From the IMG/VR virus record IMGVR_UViG_3300047489_000453, positions 1 to 64,000 of that record: a stretch of DNA of 64,000 bases, one strand, 5' to 3'. The DNA is from a virus. Made by a program: the position numbers and the translations under genes. The notes below the pieces were generated by a model, which saw only the letters and a program-made list of their open reading frames with translations, was not told where the DNA came from and did no database searches. Of this stretch, positions 28,434 to 38,323 are shown piece after piece; within the stretch, counting starts at the first letter, position 1, and each line of letters begins with the position of its first letter.

Positions 28434-31199
28434 TTATACAACCAACTTAAGTTCAATGTTATTAAGAGGATAAGGAATAGTAAGGTTAACGATAGCAACA
28501 ACGTGGTCCTTAAGAACAGCGTGCTGCCTGAGTTCTACGATTTCGTATTCAAGCAGCTGAGGCCCAATGCTATTGGTAGCAACATCTGTCTTAAACCCAT
28601 CGCCAATTCCCCTGAGGGTAATTTCGATGTTAGTCAAAGTTGTAGGGGTTACGTTGCTTCTTCCGATATAAGGCACGAGACCTCGACGGAAAGCGTAGCT
28701 CATGTTATCAACGTTGCTGCGGACCTGTTCTTCACGACGATTAAGGTCAGTGTTGTCGGTCGTTACAGCGTGCCTGTTAATAAAGCTACCGTCTTCAGCC
28801 TTCATAATAATCCAGCCGCCATCTCCAGCGATAGAGTTAAGCTGGGATACGTTGAAGCCGTTGACTGCGTCGCCTACATAGTCGATACCAGACAATGAGA
28901 CACTGGTGAGGCCTTGGTGAGGATTAACACCGGACCTTAGGCCTGCTACGGCTGCAGCAGCGTAGTAGCTTGGCTGGCTGGTATACGCGCTCAGAGTTAA
29001 GTAGTCGTTTGCTACAGCTACAACTCGCCTTGAGCTATACTTACCGCACTTTTCGCCGATAAGGTTGGAGTACTCAGTGTTATTCTGGCTTCTCCAAATT
29101 TCGACTTTTTGTGCGACAGCCACTGGGATAGCTGGGCCCGATTTAAGCCTAATAGAGTTTTCTGAAATAACAGCGTCGACTGTGTATTCAGTGTAAGTTA
29201 CTCGGCTAAAACCGTCAGTGGTGTAGAAGTATCTTACTTTATCGCCAGCCCTTACAGCGTTGGTCACAAATCTAGCGTTATTGGCTGGAACGCTAAGTCT
29301 TGTGTACTGGGTGCCGCTTGTTAAAGGATCATCGGAAATAGTCGCCAAAACTTCTTCTTTATCGGTTGAAGTAGATGCGTCGATTACGGCGATGTCCCGT
29401 GCTACTCTTACGCCAAAAACAACTGCTCGCCATCGACCTACTTCTTCGCCTGACTGATCTTCAGCATGGGCTTTATATGCATCCAAAACAGTCTGGTTGA
29501 AAGTAAGGGGCACAAGGTTGTACAGATCTTCACGATCAGCGACAACATCAAGCGCTACTAGCCAAGCGTCTGGGTCATTAGGGTTAGATATGGCAGTAAA
29601 CTTGACGTCCTGACCATTTGAATTTTGAAGCGCCATGTAAACGCCCCAAGCTAAAGGATTGTCAGGATGCAAGGTTCCAAGGGTAGATGGGATGTCGGCG
29701 GTGTCATTGATACTGCCAAAATCGCCAACGTAGGTCTGCAACCAGGTTCTGTAGTTAAGATAAAGAGTCGCTGATTCGATTGGCAGAGCTACTTTTACTC
29801 CGCCATCAGTCCACTCAGAATCAAACGCTGTGGCATTTTCTTTAGTTATGAACTCAGTGGTGCTTGCCACATAGTTAACATTAGGAGCGCTTTCTTCACG
29901 ATATCGTGGAATTTCCAAGTTCCTAATGATAAATAGCTTGATATCAAGGTCAGCGGCAGACTGAATCTCGGTAGGAAGGTCATCGGCAAGAACCAAAGTT
30001 CTGATATACCCTTCAGCTACAGCAGTAACAGTGATGTAGTACTTGTCGCCTTTGCACAAGCCTGTTCCGCTAAAACTTACGGTAACTCCTTCGTTGCCGA
30101 CGTTAAAAGCAGTGCTAGCAGCGTTTACCACCAGCGGGGCTGCAAAGTCTACACCGTTAGTCGAAGAAACAGTAATCTCAGGTGAAGCGGCAAAAGCGCC
30201 ACCTTTTGATACTTCTACGATATAGGTGGTGTTTTTGGTTCCCGTATAAGTTCCGCCAGAAGTAGCGGTTGATGGAGAGAACAGTTGTACTACGTGAATT
30301 CTCCACTTTTGACCTACAACCAAGTCATTAGCGCTAACATCGCCAAGGCTGGCTGCGGACGAAGCGGAGGCTGTAGCGTTGATATCGAACTCAACTTTAA
30401 GACCTCTTGTCCCAATCAAGGTGTAGCCACCTGCGCCGGCTGGAGTCACAGATGCAACGTTATCAAGACCAGAGCTAGTGGTAACGCGAAGCTTACCAGT
30501 AGTAAGGTCGCCATCTCTTGAGCTCTGAATTACTTCGACGGTATAGTACTCGTCGATTGCTCCGTCTTCCCTGCCGTCATAGTCAGTGGCGTCTGCTGTG
30601 ACAGTTATGGTATTTTTAACCGAACCAAGGTCATCTACGCTTATAGCAAAAGATTGAGAGGCCTTATTAGTTGATGCAGCAGAAGCAGAGTCTACTGTAG
30701 CAGCAACTGAGTCTCCTATGAATCCAGAAATCTTGGTGTTCAACTCATAAGTGGTACCGCCACTTACGCCACGAATGTAAACTCCGTCACCAATCTTTGC
30801 TCCCCTGTCTTTAAACGCAGCTGACTTAGGGTAGCTGGAGCCGTTGCTTGTGAAGGCAACTCCGCTAGCTCTTACTCGATTAGTATGACCGGACACTGGC
30901 TCTACAACTCCGCCGACACCGGCGTCGTTTTGATAATATTTAAGCTTTACGTCTTCTCCATAAAGCTTAACGTAATCAAGGTCTACCAAGCCGCCAGTAG
31001 GATTACCAGGCCAGCTGAAAGACGTGTCATTTAAGTAGTCATAAGAGCCGATAAGAATCGACTGCTTCTCAGTTGCGTCTGAGTAGCGGAAAAGTTCGGC
31101 ATGGCCGCCGCTAATATGAGCGTTAAGCACGCCAGCAGTAGCTACTGGTGCAATTCTGAATTCTTGAAAAACTTTAACTTGTGGCAGAACATACGCCAT
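28434..31199 (-). CDS. Contractile tail sheath protein
   Basis: N-terminal MAYVLPQVKVFQE; C-terminal INRHAVTTD...EEQVRSNVDNM...NLTIPYPLNNIELKLVV, typical of sheath proteins. Confidence 0.9.
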   Translation of the reverse strand: MAYVLPQVKVFQEFRIAPVATAGVLNAHISGGHAELFRYSDATEKQSILIGSYDYLNDTSFSWPGNPTGGLVDLDYVKLYGEDVKLKYYQNDAGVGGVVEPVSGHTNRVRASGVAFTSNGSSYPKSAAFKDRGAKIGDGVYIRGVSGGTTYELNTKISGFIGDSVAATVDSASAASTNKASQSFAISVDDLGSVKNTITVTADATDYDGREDGAIDEYYTVEVIQSSRDGDLTTGKLRVTTSSGLDNVASVTPAGAGGYTLIGTRGLKVEFDINATASASSAASLGDVSANDLVVGQKWRIHVVQLFSPSTATSGGTYTGTKNTTYIVEVSKGGAFAASPEITVSSTNGVDFAAPLVVNAASTAFNVGNEGVTVSFSGTGLCKGDKYYITVTAVAEGYIRTLVLADDLPTEIQSAADLDIKLFIIRNLEIPRYREESAPNVNYVASTTEFITKENATAFDSEWTDGGVKVALPIESATLYLNYRTWLQTYVGDFGSINDTADIPSTLGTLHPDNPLAWGVYMALQNSNGQDVKFTAISNPNDPDAWLVALDVVADREDLYNLVPLTFNQTVLDAYKAHAEDQSGEEVGRWRAVVFGVRVARDIAVIDASTSTDKEEVLATISDDPLTSGTQYTRLSVPANNARFVTNAVRAGDKVRYFYTTDGFSRVTYTEYTVDAVISENSIRLKSGPAIPVAVAQKVEIWRSQNNTEYSNLIGEKCGKYSSRRVVAVANDYLTLSAYTSQPSYYAAAAVAGLRSGVNPHQGLTSVSLSGIDYVGDAVNGFNVSQLNSIAGDGGWIIMKAEDGSFINRHAVTTDNTDLNRREEQVRSNVDNMSYAFRRGLVPYIGRSNVTPTTLTNIEITLRGIGDGFKTDVATNSIGPQLLEYEIVELRQHAVLKDHVVAIVNLTIPYPLNNIELKLVV

Positions 31200-31233
31200 G
31201 ATAGTTGGCCTCCATGCCTTTGTTAGTTACCCT

Positions 31234-31857
31234 TTAGGGTAGGTAAGAAGATAAGTTAATCCTCTTGAGAACCGGTCCTTGTTGCGCTATAGTCCAAACT
31301 TCCTGTCCAGTGTACTGTACAACTATGGGTGCTGCATAGTTCTCTTTTCCTTCTTCAACCTGAAAAATAGCACCTAGCTCCACTGCTTCAAATTTAACTA
31401 AATTTAGAATATTTGCAATAACCAATCCATAAGTATTTAAGTCCTTGAAAACTTCGCCGGCTAATACCTCGGCCTGTATGCCTGAATTTGCTATGCAGAA
31501 CAAAGTATGAGAACCCGTCATTAACCTGCCAAACTTCTTTGACCCTAGGAATTCATTGTCAGTATTTGAGAAGTCGTTAAGCACCAATCTGCTTGAAGTC
31601 CAGTTTCCTCTTTTAATTATTATTGCCGGCCTAGTCTCGGTTGTTTCAGGCTTCCATCTGGTAATTGACTCTATAAGAATTCCGGTAGGTTGAGTAGCCT
31701 TCCAGATCAACCCTCTAAACTTCTCGTTCTCTATATTGTTTTCATCGGAGAACCTGTTTGTCAACCAATCTCTTAAAAATCCAGTAACCAAATGAGGCAT
31801 TATCCCTAATGCATTAAGGTTATTGCATTCTTCAAATGCTGGTTGCGGATCTGACAT
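31234..31857 (-). CDS. Putative tail terminator / head-tail completion protein
   Basis: RPAIIIKRG motif; position between neck and sheath. Confidence 0.55.
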   Translation of the reverse strand: MSDPQPAFEECNNLNALGIMPHLVTGFLRDWLTNRFSDENNIENEKFRGLIWKATQPTGILIESITRWKPETTETRPAIIIKRGNWTSSRLVLNDFSNTDNEFLGSKKFGRLMTGSHTLFCIANSGIQAEVLAGEVFKDLNTYGLVIANILNLVKFEAVELGAIFQVEEGKENYAAPIVVQYTGQEVWTIAQQGPVLKRINLSSYLP

Positions 31858-31868
31858 TAAATATGCCC

Positions 31869-32108
31869 TTATTTAAATTTGTGCATTTTATAAGGTTTAA
31901 GCGGCTCCATAGGCTCCTGCCCGTCATGCATTTTATATGGCTTAGGAGGCTCTACGGGGTTTTGATTTATGTTAGTGTCTTTCTTTTTGGAGACGTCTCC
32001 ACCATGTAATTCTTTTACGTGGTTAGCTATCTTGTCAAAAGTTGGAACGTGGTCTCTTAAAGACATTTTTTCCATAAACACTGGTGACGGGGCTCTTTTT
32101 TCCATCAT
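31869..32108 (-). CDS. Small hypothetical protein with an internal PxEPxKPYKMH repeat
   Basis: 79 aa; repeat present twice; K-x-A motifs (EKRA, DKIA). Confidence 0.5.
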   Translation of the reverse strand: MMEKRAPSPVFMEKMSLRDHVPTFDKIANHVKELHGGDVSKKKDTNINQNPVEPPKPYKMHDGQEPMEPLKPYKMHKFK

Positions 32109-32911
32109 ATGCCATTCTCCGGTATAAGGTATACAGCGTCAGAAAAAGGTGCCAGTCTTATATTAACATTAGTTACTATATTGAAGCTTCTTACAGTAAC
32201 TACTTCTGATGTCTCGTGAACTATGTACCTTCTGCCGCTACCTTTGTCCCAGATGACATCCTGGCTTACAACTGGGTCACCTATAACTCTACAGTTTTGA
32301 GTGGTCCCTTGGCTAGTCATTCCAGCGTAATCCACGTTTATTTTCTCTATTTCATTTGAAATAGGAAACTCTACTAGTAAGGGGATAGCGCTAAAATAGC
32401 CGTTAACTTTACCTGTGCCCAGGCATACAGGGCACCTTCCATCGATAGGCTCATCTAGTAATGGGTCGGCACATCTTGTGCATTTAGGCCCAAATCTTTT
32501 TCTTTTAAATAAATAGGCCTCTGGTACTCCTACGTACTTTGAAAGCCTAAGTTTCTCTTTTCTAAGAATCTCCCTGGCTATTCTCCAAGTCCTGTAATCT
32601 ACTTTTGAATCAAGCGTTATTGATGGGGAATAGTATGTGCGAATACCAGTCTGTAGTTTTATTCTATAAAACCAGTCCAGCTCTTTTCCAAATAATCTGG
32701 TCTCGTCATCTATAAGAAAATAAGCATTAATTACCGGCGGCCCTATGTCTACAAAACTTGCCGTCTCTACCGGATGGTTTGACCCTTGTAGTGTGAATAT
32801 GTATGGACCTTTATCAGTAAATAAAGGATTAAGATCCCATTCTACCTTGCTAACTCCTAGCGGGGAGTATGATGCAGTCAGCTTCTCAAACGGCTCTATA
32901 CCGTATGGCAT
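32105..32911 (-). CDS. Neck / head-closure protein with a zinc finger
   Basis: KRKRFGPKCTRC...RCPVCLGTGKVNGYF pattern of large-phage neck proteins; position. Confidence 0.6.
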   Translation of the reverse strand: MPYGIEPFEKLTASYSPLGVSKVEWDLNPLFTDKGPYIFTLQGSNHPVETASFVDIGPPVINAYFLIDDETRLFGKELDWFYRIKLQTGIRTYYSPSITLDSKVDYRTWRIAREILRKEKLRLSKYVGVPEAYLFKRKRFGPKCTRCADPLLDEPIDGRCPVCLGTGKVNGYFSAIPLLVEFPISNEIEKINVDYAGMTSQGTTQNCRVIGDPVVSQDVIWDKGSGRRYIVHETSEVVTVRSFNIVTNVNIRLAPFSDAVYLIPENGI

Positions 32912-33207
32912 GGTCTGCTCCTGACCTTTTTCAGGTGCTCTTCACAATCCTTTCTAACGTTATCGTTCCAGGATACATAGGAATGAAGGTGACCAAATAC
33001 AAAATGACAAGTTCCACACAAAGTCATGCAGTTGGTCTCTTCAAGCTCTTTAGTACTATCGACACTTACCGGTATTATATGGTGTACTGTAAGTTTTTTC
33101 TTTGTACCACAGGCGCAGCAAGTAGGGTTCTTTTCTAAAAATTCTTTTCTAAATTTAGGCCATCTGCTGGATCTGTCACTTAATATCCAGGCGAACATCT
33201 TAAACAT
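32896..33207 (-). CDS. HNH endonuclease
   Basis: CCACG...LTVHHIIP...NCMTLCGTCH. Confidence 0.9.
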   Translation of the reverse strand: MFKMFAWILSDRSSRWPKFRKEFLEKNPTCCACGTKKKLTVHHIIPVSVDSTKELEETNCMTLCGTCHFVFGHLHSYVSWNDNVRKDCEEHLKKVRSRPCHTV

Positions 33208-33231
33208 GGTAGCCTCTTTAATGGTTTAGTC

Positions 33232-34173
33232 TTATCTGTATCTTCCAAAACCATCGTAGGTAGATCCAAAAGAGCCGTCCCAGGCTTCTTTGTTGATGGC
33301 CACTTTGGTCATCTTACACCATTTAAGGTAGTCCTGTAACATTCTATCGCCTGTTACTTCATATTCTTGGGCCTTGTTCTTATCATCAACAGATAATCCA
33401 CCAGCACTGTAGGTCAACTGGTTTCGTCTGTAATGCTTAGCCGCTATAAGGTAAAGCTCGCCTATTACACCGTTAATTAGGGCGGTTGGATTGAAGAAGT
33501 TGTTGGTGTTAAAGAATCTTCTAACTGTAGGCTGCATAGTATTCCAATGCTCTACGCATTTGAGCATACATAAGATTATTTCTGAGTCATCAAACTCAAA
33601 GGTATTTAACAATGGATTATCTTCTGGAGCATTATCTCTAAGTGCTATTCTTATTGCGGATATCTGAGGCACGCCGGATGCTTTACCTGATATAGCTGTA
33701 ACTGAACCAAATTGGCTCTTGTCAACCAAGACGTAAAGCCTTGATACATGAATAAGTTCGCCAATAGTGGAGACAACTCCACAATTTAGTTCAAGTATCT
33801 GATGAAGACTTGTGGCAGTGGCTGGAATCTTTGCCCTTACAACTCCTGCCGCTGCGTCAATAAACGCAGCCTCGGTGTCTACAATGTAGATACCGTTAGA
33901 CGTGTCTAAGGCTTCTCTGCCCTTTAATAATACCTTTCCGCTTGGAGACCCAGACGACGAGCTCAATGAGCTTGACGTTATGCTAGAAAACCCACAGGTT
34001 TCAAAGTTTATAGGCCTGCCGCGATCGTCCCGCAATACTAGTTCTACTACTGGGGCAGTGCCCTGAGGTATGGCTACAGCCGGTACTTTGGCCAAAATAG
34101 GTCTGTTGTCTACTGTCGTTACCGCAGGCCTTACTACCAGCTGGTCAGAGCATTCTATTATTGAGGGGTCCAT
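33232..34173 (-). CDS. Head-tail adaptor / neck protein with an N-terminal Ig-like domain
   Basis: C-terminal LRDNAPEDNPLL...RNQLTYSAGGLSVDDKNK neck-like region; N-terminal beta-sandwich. Confidence 0.55.
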   Translation of the reverse strand: MDPSIIECSDQLVVRPAVTTVDNRPILAKVPAVAIPQGTAPVVELVLRDDRGRPINFETCGFSSITSSSLSSSSGSPSGKVLLKGREALDTSNGIYIVDTEAAFIDAAAGVVRAKIPATATSLHQILELNCGVVSTIGELIHVSRLYVLVDKSQFGSVTAISGKASGVPQISAIRIALRDNAPEDNPLLNTFEFDDSEIILCMLKCVEHWNTMQPTVRRFFNTNNFFNPTALINGVIGELYLIAAKHYRRNQLTYSAGGLSVDDKNKAQEYEVTGDRMLQDYLKWCKMTKVAINKEAWDGSFGSTYDGFGRYR

Positions 34174-34181
34174 GCCGGCTC

Positions 34182-35444
34182 CTATATTTTACATATACCT
34201 GGTTGGTGCTGTCCTTTCAAAGCACATAGGTCTGCGTAAACATACAAAATGTTGTGAGCCCTATGAAATTCCGATGGATGAGAAGTCCAAACTCTTACAT
34301 CCTGGAACCTACACTCTATCTCAGGCACAAACTTTGAGTAGTTCCTGTCTGTATAGTACCAGAAAGAGTTTTGATTGATAAAGTTAATATGTGTTGGATC
34401 TTGGTAAGCTCCTCTGCCGTCAGAACTTGGAGTCCCAGAAAGTATCCAACCACCAGGGGCTAGTACCCTATAAAAGTCATTCATGCACTGGACAAATTTT
34501 TCTCTTGGAAGATGCTCAAAGAAATCAAACGCCCTTAATATACCGACGGAATTATCGTCAAACGGTAGAGGAGATTCTCCTACTCTGTGAATAATCTCAG
34601 CGTTTCTAATATCCAGGCTTTTGTACTGCTTTGGAGAATTAAAGCCTCCTCCAAGGTCTATCATTAAAAGCTTTTCTCTTCGGCTCCATTCTTCGCACAT
34701 TCTATGTAAGAATCTATTGAAGGTATTGTTTTGAGTCTTGGCTATTAGTTCTCTCTTTTTAACAAACGAGTTGCTCTTTTTGGGGTCTAATATCCTTCGG
34801 TACAAGTATAGGCACTCTGGGTGATGCACAAACTTGCACCCGGCCAAATAAGTACGGCATACAAGATCATGATCATCTCCAACTTCCAAAGTAGCATCAT
34901 GCCCGCCTGCAGCGTAATAGACATCTCTGTGCCAGGCCCTTACGTGGTTAGGCGCGTACCATATCTCGCCCAGAGCCCTAGGAGTAGCAGCGAATGCCCT
35001 GTGAGCGGCGTATTTCTTGTCGTCTAAAGTAAAGTCATAAGTCTTCCAGCCATGCTGGTGATTGTAAAGCTCTGGAGACCCGTTTGGAAAAAAGCTAGCA
35101 AAGTCAGAATAATGAAAGGCTGGTCCTATCTCTTGATGCTTGTCGTAGATCTTTTCCAGGGCTGTAGGCACCAGCATATCATCATGGTCTAGCTCTACAT
35201 AAATGTCACCGGTTGCTTGGTTACATGCATAGTTTTTTAGATAACCTATTTTATCGCTAGATACCGGTCTGATTAAAACCCTAGGGTCGTTAACTATTTC
35301 AGCCGGCATCTGGAGGCTTTCCGCCCCGTTTGGGACTATTACCCACTCCCAGTCTTTATAGGTTTGTTTTAATAAGCTTTTATATGTTTCAAGAATCCAA
35401 GTTGGGTCATTTGTTGGCGTGAATACGCTAAACTTTATCGACAT
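34182..35444 (-). CDS. GT2 glycosyltransferase fused to a class I SAM-dependent methyltransferase
   Basis: GT2: FSVFTPT, SLLKQTYKDWEWVIV, ELDHDD, GDDHDL. MTase: IDLGGG, LPFDDNSV, FFEHL, YRVLAPGG, QDPTH. Confidence 0.85.
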   Translation of the reverse strand: MSIKFSVFTPTNDPTWILETYKSLLKQTYKDWEWVIVPNGAESLQMPAEIVNDPRVLIRPVSSDKIGYLKNYACNQATGDIYVELDHDDMLVPTALEKIYDKHQEIGPAFHYSDFASFFPNGSPELYNHQHGWKTYDFTLDDKKYAAHRAFAATPRALGEIWYAPNHVRAWHRDVYYAAGGHDATLEVGDDHDLVCRTYLAGCKFVHHPECLYLYRRILDPKKSNSFVKKRELIAKTQNNTFNRFLHRMCEEWSRREKLLMIDLGGGFNSPKQYKSLDIRNAEIIHRVGESPLPFDDNSVGILRAFDFFEHLPREKFVQCMNDFYRVLAPGGWILSGTPSSDGRGAYQDPTHINFINQNSFWYYTDRNYSKFVPEIECRFQDVRVWTSHPSEFHRAHNILYVYADLCALKGQHQPGICKI

Positions 35445-35522
35445 ATTTTCCTTCTTTCTGTGTTAGACAATAACAACGAAGTAAGGATAACTATATTGAA
35501 AAAAAGTTTCTAGTGTAGAAAT

Positions 35523-35553
35523 AAAAAAGCCCCGGACTGCTCCGGGGCTTTTT
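35523..35553. terminator. Bidirectional Rho-independent terminator ending the capsid operon
   Basis: AAAAAAGCCCCGGA-CTGC-TCCGGGGCTTTTT. Confidence 0.9.
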
Positions 35554-35567
35554 AGTACAAGCCAAGC

Positions 35568-35900
35568 TTAGATTGAGCTTGAGTATGTTACGCCGCAAGG
35601 ATCTGCGACAGTTACGCTGCCATTGTCGATAGCCACGGTTTTCGTGACGTCAAGGGTAGCGTCATACAGGAAGGGCGTTGGGCTGCTAACTACAACAATA
35701 TCACCATTCTGAAGAGCGTTTTGAAACGCAGTTCGCTTCCTTTTGGAAGTAATAGCCTGCAGCAGAGCTGGTAGGCTACCGAAGAAGGTGTATTCTTGAC
35801 CAGCAGTCAAAGTCTTACCATGAGGAGGCAAAAAACCAAAAGTGGCAGTTGCTCCAGTCATGTTACGAACTTTGGTTTCCAAACAAGTAGTGTTAGCCAT
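35568..35900 (-). CDS. Putative head-associated protein
   Basis: 110 aa, last gene of the capsid operon, GGAGG RBS. Confidence 0.55.
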   Translation of the reverse strand: MANTTCLETKVRNMTGATATFGFLPPHGKTLTAGQEYTFFGSLPALLQAITSKRKRTAFQNALQNGDIVVVSSPTPFLYDATLDVTKTVAIDNGSVTVADPCGVTYSSSI

Positions 35901-35917
35901 TTTAAATTAAACCTCCG

Positions 35918-36310
35918 TTATTCAGCAGCCATCTGCTTAGCGATAGCGCCGTGATATGTGAGGACGGCATTAATCAAGTCTTCCCTATTGGCAAGCTCGT
36001 TAGATGCTTGCTTAATAGTCTGCTGCAAGTGTACATCTCCCGCAGGTCCACCTACCAAATTACCCAATTGCTGATTTGCAGCCTTAAGGAAGTTGGTTTG
36101 AGTGGAGGCGCTCTTTACTTGCTCCTGTGCATGGGCTTCGCCAAGACGGGCAGCAATTTCAAGGAGGCTGCCGACTTCTTCATCATTTTGTGGAACGATG
36201 CCGTAGTCGCTTGCGAGCTTTTCCAAGAAAACGGGAACAAAGACTTCCCGAATAAGAGTTGCATGTGCAGCTTGAGCCTGATTAAGCTCGTCGTGCGTCA
36301 AATTAGCCAT
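35918..36310 (-). CDS. Putative internal head/scaffold-type protein with K-x-A motifs
   Basis: Helical; EKLAS, VKSAS, LKAA, IKQAS. Confidence 0.5.
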   Translation of the reverse strand: MANLTHDELNQAQAAHATLIREVFVPVFLEKLASDYGIVPQNDEEVGSLLEIAARLGEAHAQEQVKSASTQTNFLKAANQQLGNLVGGPAGDVHLQQTIKQASNELANREDLINAVLTYHGAIAKQMAAE

Positions 36311-36335
36311 GATAGCCTCCGAAGCCTATTGAAAT

Positions 36336-36357
36336 TGGGGCCTCGTTAGAGGCCCCA
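36336..36357 (-). terminator. GC-rich hairpin directly after the major capsid gene (weak terminator or mRNA-stabilising stem)
   Basis: TGGGGCCTC-TAAC-GAGGCCCCA followed by only ATTTC. Confidence 0.55.
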
Positions 36358-36363
36358 TGCCCA

Positions 36364-37293
36364 TTACGCAAAGTCAGCTCTAGCGATTGCGTTGGTGTTA
36401 CCAATTGCACCGCCGAGGGTTTCATAGGCGAAAAATTCGAGCATATACGCCTTACGATCGATATAAAGCGTGGTATCCTCTAAAATGAAACTTTTGCCTA
36501 CAAATTTAGGGTCAGCGAACATAAAGATGCTGTCCGTAGGAACCAAATCCTGCTTGATGGAGATAATCCAACGAGCATTCATGAAGTTCTGTTCGGTCCA
36601 ACCGTTCTTGAATACGTCCTGGCTGAAGTCACCGCCCATTTCTTCACGACCGAATTTCATCAGTTCGCGAATAGTAAGGTTGTTGATCAAGCAGGTGCCT
36701 ACTTCAAGGCGGCTGATGGTGCGAGGCAGAATCTTGAAAGCATCTTGAAGGGTATCACGAGTGATACCGCCGTAGATGGTTTCCCACTGTACCAAACCGG
36801 ACTGGGATACAGTAGTGTTAGCTGCGCTGCCCATAGCTGCGTTGCAAGCGGCGATGAACTTGCGATCTTCTTCCGCTAACATGTCCTTTATGGCGTTATC
36901 AGACAGGATCTGCCTGATGTCCATACGATAAGTGCGAAGTTCATCAACGTCCTTCGTGAATCGTGGGGTCACGATTCGGTCAAAGGTAACGCGATACTTC
37001 TGGCCACGAACATAGAGGTTCATAGGCAGAGTAGCGAAGGGAATGGAGATAGCAGCTGGGCTATCAGGTTCCCTTTCGATGATCTTAACAGGCTTATCGG
37101 TATCTACCTGTTGATCGAGATCGTCGTTGCTTACCTGGATTGGAGGAAGAATTCGTCGATAGAATCCTTCTTCACGCATCCTGTACCTGGTGTAGTCGAC
37201 CACTGCGTCGAGTGCTCGCTTTTCCATTCCAGGGGTTTCAAGGTAGCTGAGGAATGTTTCGTTCATCAGCTTAGTGTCGTTGTCGTAAGACAT
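36364..37293 (-). CDS. Major capsid protein (HK97-type fold)
   Basis: 309 aa; follows protease, scaffold and decoration genes; RMREEGFYRRILPP, IKDMLAEEDRKFIAAC and FFAYETLGGAIGN resemble large-phage capsid proteins; strong RBS. Confidence 0.75.
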   Translation of the reverse strand: MSYDNDTKLMNETFLSYLETPGMEKRALDAVVDYTRYRMREEGFYRRILPPIQVSNDDLDQQVDTDKPVKIIEREPDSPAAISIPFATLPMNLYVRGQKYRVTFDRIVTPRFTKDVDELRTYRMDIRQILSDNAIKDMLAEEDRKFIAACNAAMGSAANTTVSQSGLVQWETIYGGITRDTLQDAFKILPRTISRLEVGTCLINNLTIRELMKFGREEMGGDFSQDVFKNGWTEQNFMNARWIISIKQDLVPTDSIFMFADPKFVGKSFILEDTTLYIDRKAYMLEFFAYETLGGAIGNTNAIARADFA

Positions 37294-37316
37294 TTTGTAT
37301 GGCCTCCTTATGCCTA

Positions 37317-37874
37317 TTAGTATCCGGTCTTACCTGGTTTGTAAATAGGCCAGAACGCCAACACGTTGTTGCGATCTGACTGGCGCTTACGGACGCCTCT
37401 GGAAACTACGCCTACGATAGCGGTGGGGTTAGAGCCACCATCTTCGAGGACAGAAACGCTGGCGTTGGTCAGGAGACCGCCGTCTGTGCTGCTGTTCGAG
37501 CTGCTCTTGCAACGAAGATATTCGTTAGGAGCATAGGTATTGGCAGAGTCGAACTCGGTAGTTTCGAGTTCATAGGCACCTTTAGCGACCAAACCGGTAA
37601 TATTACCAGCAGGCCCGATTGGATACCAACGAGTGCCCCCAGAATTGGAGACGTCGTTGTCGTCACTGTTCTGCAGCAAGAAGATCGGCATCTGGGAACC
37701 AGTGCAGCCGAGCTCGAACTCACCGCTAGAGTTGAGATGAACGCAGCGGCCTGCGTACACAACGTCAACAGTAACGTTGCTTGACAGCTTGGCGGTAAAG
37801 TCCAGAGCTGCCATGTGGAACCAACCCTTGATTGCGTCTAGGGTATGGTCAAACATTTGGCGTGTAGTTGCCAT
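37317..37874 (-). CDS. Capsid decoration/cement protein
   Basis: 185 aa beta-rich protein directly upstream of the capsid gene. Confidence 0.55.
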   Translation of the reverse strand: MATTRQMFDHTLDAIKGWFHMAALDFTAKLSSNVTVDVVYAGRCVHLNSSGEFELGCTGSQMPIFLLQNSDDNDVSNSGGTRWYPIGPAGNITGLVAKGAYELETTEFDSANTYAPNEYLRCKSSSNSSTDGGLLTNASVSVLEDGGSNPTAIVGVVSRGVRKRQSDRNNVLAFWPIYKPGKTGY

Positions 37875-37918
37875 TCTTAAAGACCTCCGTGTCTTTTAAA
37901 CTATCAACCTAGCGCGAG

Positions 37919-38308
37919 TTATGCCAAACCAAGATGTTGGCGGAAACGACGATCGGACTCGCGCTCGGAAGTAGTCCGTCGTCCTACATAAGGATCATTC
38001 ATAGAGTCTGATGCACTGGCTGATTTCTCAGTTTTGCCGATAGCTTTCGGCCTCACAGTGCGGTTAACGTCAGCTGCCTTGATAAGGATCTCCAAGGCTT
38101 TAGCATGATTTGTAAGGGCTTCAGCAGCCTTTTCCCTGTCGGCTGGGTCGATCCTATCGAATTGGATAAGAGCGTCTACAGCTTTAGGAAGCAAGTCGTT
38201 GACTTTAGCGTCGCTGGCTTGCTTTTCATTCAACTGCTTATCAGCAGCAGCCAAGGCTGCCTCGACACATTGAACGTAGTCAATTGTCTTTTCGTACAAG
38301 TTAGACAT
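37919..38308 (-). CDS. Putative scaffold-type helical protein with K-x-A motifs
   Basis: EKQAS, EKAA, IKAA, EKSAS; head operon position. Confidence 0.5.
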   Translation of the reverse strand: MSNLYEKTIDYVQCVEAALAAADKQLNEKQASDAKVNDLLPKAVDALIQFDRIDPADREKAAEALTNHAKALEILIKAADVNRTVRPKAIGKTEKSASASDSMNDPYVGRRTTSERESDRRFRQHLGLA

Positions 38309-38323
38309 TAAAGTGGCCTCCTA

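Noticed and set aside
12066-31199. Extracellular contractile injection system, T6SS or tailocin
   Set aside because: Neck, capsid, scaffold and prohead protease genes are contiguous with the tail block, indicating a complete phage virion module.
36364-37293. Encapsulin shell protein
   Set aside because: The size is compatible, but the protease-scaffold-decoration-capsid-neck context indicates a phage major capsid protein.
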